Of a stretch of DNA of 64,000 nucleotides, positions 60,469 to 64,000 are shown in pieces. The stretch is from Amoebophrya sp. A120 (lineage: Eukaryota > Protista > Dinoflagellata), in NCBI GenBank assembly GCA_905178155.1, contig CAJINV010000013.1, positions 2,360,281 to 2,424,280 on the forward strand. Direction: 5' to 3'. Each line of letters starts with the position of its first letter. The stretch's first letter is position 1. Below the pieces are notes generated by a model. The model was not told where the DNA came from and searched no databases. It saw only the letters and a list, made by a program, of their open reading frames with translations. The position numbers and the translations under genes are program-made.

Positions 60469-62480
60469 ATGGAGATGGGCGGCAAATCCGATTTTGCATG
60501 GCATAACATGGAGGCGGAAAGGAAGGCGGAGGAGCTGATCATGGAAAATGAGATGCTCGCGGATTACTTGCTTAGAAACGAGGCCTCGGTCTCCGGTACC
60601 ACACCAACATCAGGGAAAAAAACAGGGAAAGCACCGAAAGTGTACATAGTTTTTATACTGTTGTTGCATTTAGGTCACTGATGTGTTTTCTCGACGTGAT
60701 GCCCTTTGCTCCTCATGCGTGGTAGTTCTGATAGATTGGCAAACGCCCCGAGCAGATTCGTGATTAGAAGCAGGCAAAATATTTATATTACCCGAAAAAA
60801 TTATCAAAATAATCCAGATCGACACTCACCCTCGACGAGAAATACCGAATTGCCAATGGCGAGGTAGAGACGCTAAACAAGGATATCGACCAGACGAAGA
60901 AGGCATCGGATCAGAATTTAGGTATACTATAGTCTGTTTCCGTGCAGTCATTCGTATGCTGCTTTAGTTCTTCGATGCACGACGAAGATGTGCTTGCGTT
61001 TCCTGCTGGCTTCCTTTGCATAGCATGGTAAGTCTGCAGTGGATGACGACGAGGTATATTGATCATGAAAGCAAAAAAAAAATCAGATGTCTTGAAAGCC
61101 CTGATGGAGGAAACCGACATAAGAATAGCAGAAGTCAAGCGCGACGCCTACGAATTTAGAAGGGACATAGTGCTGGGGGCAGAAAATCCAAGGACAGGGA
61201 AGACCATGGCCGAGAAGGTATTAGTTCCGATTCGAAAGGTTTCGTGTGCAATAAAACAAATGCATCTATGTTCAGATGCAATACCGAGTAGTCCTACAGA
61301 CATGCACTAACTAGCACATCAGACACGTCATGAATACAACAATGTTTTTACCCGCCATTAGTGCAATGCATAAACACGACGATGATATTGAAACACTTGG
61401 TAGAGCGTCGAAATAAAAAACCGGTCCACTTTTTTAGCAAAAAAAACAACTTGAAATGAGGTTCTGAAGTACCTCGAAGACAAGCTGACCGGAAAGGACA
61501 TGCTGATTAACAAACTTTTGATGAAGAATCAAGCCCTGAAACAAGGCATAAAAAAAGCCGAGCAAGCCTTGAAATCCAAGGAAGAAGGGGGTGACGATCT
61601 GCAGTACATCGACTTCCACCAACTGCAAATCGAAAATCAGCAGTTCGTGCTGCGAATAGAGGAGACCAACCACGAACTGATTCAGTTGAAGCGAACCTAC
61701 GGGAGGACGGTATGGATTGGTTCTTGGATCATGTTGATTCAGTAAATTCTTCTCGAACTTCCACTACTACAAAGAAACATGCCTTGTTCTCGCTCCCTCT
61801 ATGGAACATGAAAGAAGTCTTAGTACCATCAACGTCGCGACAGTACACGAATTTGCTCAGGTAAAAATGCTGAACAATATGAAGAAGCGCTTGACGCAAC
61901 TGCAGTCAGAAGCAAGCTTTTTCCAGGACGAAACAAAGGAGCAGCGGGCGATGCTGGCAAAGTCCGAGCTAGATATTTCCCGAGCGTCGGAAGAGGACGA
62001 AAGGCATAAGAGAGACAACAGGAGATTGCGGGTAACAATTAGTGGTAGATTCGTTGACATTCTATCTTCAAGCGTGCTTGTCACGCTTGCTTGTCAAGCG
62101 TGCTTGTCACGCTTGATCAAACCAAAGGATCCATGAACCAACACCTGACGCGGCCGTTTTACTGTGTGCAAATTCATCCTGGGTCCACCGATGAAGTATT
62201 TCTAGGCTACAAGAAAAACACAAACGATGGTCAGGCCCCCTCAAGGATGAAAAATTTCTTGTCTCCACCCTATGTATCAGTATCTATGATAAAACAGGCC
62301 GGCCTTAAGAAGAGTCAGGGGCTCGGTGATATGCCGCAAATTCTCGACTACGTAAACCAGAAGGCCGATGAGGTCGAGGTGATTAGCCAGCACAAGAATT
62401 TGCAGAAGAAGCTCGAGCTTGCAACAGTCGCCTGGAAGAAAGCGAAAACGGTGGCGAGACAGCACAATCTGCAAATCTAG
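60469..62480 (+). CDS. CCDC113: Coiled-coil ciliary protein CCDC113 (CFAP263, DUF4201 family)
   Basis: Exons about 60469-60641, 60818-60921, 61087-61217, 61461-61709, 61861-62031, 62298-62480, all GT-AG. Motifs EVKRDAYEFRRDIV, AEKVLKYLED and KEEGGDDLQYIDFHQLQIENQQF. Confidence 0.82.
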
Positions 62481-63358
62481 GCGTAGGCGATGTTTTTGAT
62501 AAACTACACGACTCGCCAAGGTCGCAAAGTAGAGGAGAGGAGAGCCTTACAACTCTTCGACCTGTTAAACATTTCCTGCAAAAAGGGAAATAAAGCAGTC
62601 TTACGACGCCTGTACACAGATACAGCTTCGAAAAGCAGAGAAAAGATGAACACTCAACTCTCGACAAAATTTACTCGACCAAAGAAATTCCAAAAACTCA
62701 AATTACACTCAAACTTTACAAAAAAGCTGACGCTGTTAGCTAGTCTCCGCGTCTGTTGCTTAGTTCATCCAGATCCAAAATTGAACTTGTACAAAAATTA
62801 TGTGTGTCTGCTGGTGTACGTGTAGTTGCCACAAGAACTGGAAGCTCCGTGGGACGCAGGAACCACTGGCAGATACAAAGATGCCGCAAGGCTTCTCAAG
62901 CGGGTCGAAAATTAGAGAAACGAAGGGAACTGCGACAAGAAAAAAGCGCTACTAGCGTGGTAATCATGTCGCAATTGTACAAAGAAAACTAATATTCCCG
63001 AAAAATAGAAAAGCTGCCCATCGTCCTGGCTGGTGCTCGAGTAGTAGAATGCATCAGCGCCTGCTGCTGCACCTGTCGCGCGTTCTGTTCTTCAGTTCTT
63101 GTTTTCTGTGCTGAGCTGAGTTTGAGATGAGGTGCGAGACGAGACCAGACCAAACGAGACGAACCGTAGACAAAATTTTTCGAGAAACCAACTTGCATAC
63201 GACCACCTAGAGGAGCCAGCAGCAGCCGTTCTTGCCTGGTCTAATAGATCAGAAAAAAAACAAATAAAATGAGGTAGGGTCGGGCGGCCGCGTGCTTTCC
63301 TCGTCGAACCAACACCATGCGGCGCCGCGGGCGGCGGAAGGCCTCCTCTGGAGAAATC

Positions 63359-63810
63359 ATGTCCTCGTCGCACAGTAAATTCGTGCCAATTTTTCGTTCG
63401 GAAAAGTCGGGATCTTCATTCTCCGCGGTGTCGCGGGCGGTTATGCTTGCGACGCCACTTCTCTGCTGGCTCTTTTCCGCTTCGAACCTGACTACGTCAA
63501 CCACCGCCCTGCGCATCCCGACCTCCGGTGACGCGCAGGACGATGAGGGCGAGGAGCCCTGTGCTTGCGACCTCTGCTACGGGGAGCACCTGACGAGCGG
63601 GTTGGAGGCCACGCGCCCGGGCATCGCGTTTCAGTGCGCGACAAAGGTCCCCGGGAAGTGCGCGCAAGCAGGCTTGTCGGAAACCTGGGTGATCAATATC
63701 AACCGCGTAGTGGAGAAAAACCGGTGGTGCGAGTCCACTTGCAAACCGATCCGGCCCGTGTCCATGAAAGATTTGAACGTAGACGGCAGCCAGGGCGCGG
63801 CTATCCCGTC
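63359..63810 (+). CDS. First exon of a cysteine-rich, probably secreted protein (3' end unresolved)
   Basis: Hydrophobic segment MLATPLLCWLFSA followed by CACDLC...C...C...WCESTCKP; GC3-rich codons stop at about 63810. Start (63317, 63359 or 63443) and end are uncertain. Confidence 0.55.
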
Positions 63811-64000
63811 GTGAAAATAAAACGTTTCTACTTATTAAGTACGATAACGCGGTTGCACGTCGACGGGATGCGCAAGTGAAAATCGTGTGACATGGAAGAT
63901 GCGCAGTCTCATGCGACGAGGCGTTGTGCAGTGCTTGCGTAGGCGTTTTCGAATAATTCAGATTTTCCAGCATGCTTTGGTACTCAGGACGAACTACATT

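Noticed and set aside
62066-62116. Short duplicated TCAAGCGTGCTTGTCACGCTTG in a CCDC113 intron
   Set aside because: A local slippage duplication with no sign of function.
63802-63869. TATCCCGTCG...CGACGGGAT short inverted repeat as another TIR intron
   Set aside because: Only 9 bp of pairing, it does not end in ATA, has no 5-bp TSD and is far shorter than the other elements.
1-64000. Autonomous transposase or reverse transcriptase for the elements
   Set aside because: No ORF with recognisable DDE or RT motifs; all complete elements are 437 bp or shorter.

Overview
This is eukaryotic genomic DNA with every gene on the + strand. It is most consistent with an alveolate, very probably the parasitic dinoflagellate Amoebophrya (Syndiniales); that is inferred from the intron architecture and gene content. 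The dominant feature is a non-canonical intron system. I find 31 complete and 1 partial non-autonomous, MITE-like elements of 128-437 bp. They start TAT (one TAC, one TGT), end ATA, carry 15-35 bp terminal inverted repeats (TIRs) and are flanked by a 5-bp direct repeat (target-site duplication, TSD). They sit inside coding sequence, and removing element plus one 5-bp copy restores the reading frame in all 31 cases. Only 3 of the 31 can be read as GT/GC-AG. Copies of one family occur in both orientations, and families with unrelated TIRs share an internal TGTNATGC/GCATNACA motif. Removing 26 such elements and 2 canonical introns joins 615-42435 into one ORF of about 11,500 codons that begins upstream of the window. 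It encodes a giant adhesin-like protein with Ig/cadherin-like repeats, discoidin-like, NIDO-like and LamG-like domains and CGDG..CDDGN cysteine repeats. Two elements carry nested secondary insertions. Downstream are a Kelch/coiled-coil gene, a small acidic ORF, a DCC-family thiol-disulfide oxidoreductase, a helical-repeat protein, radial spoke protein 3, CCDC113 and the start of a cysteine-rich secreted protein. No transposase, RNA gene or CRISPR array was found. Introner elements are already reported in Amoebophrya (Farhat et al. 2021), so any novelty lies in the mechanistic details listed as findings.
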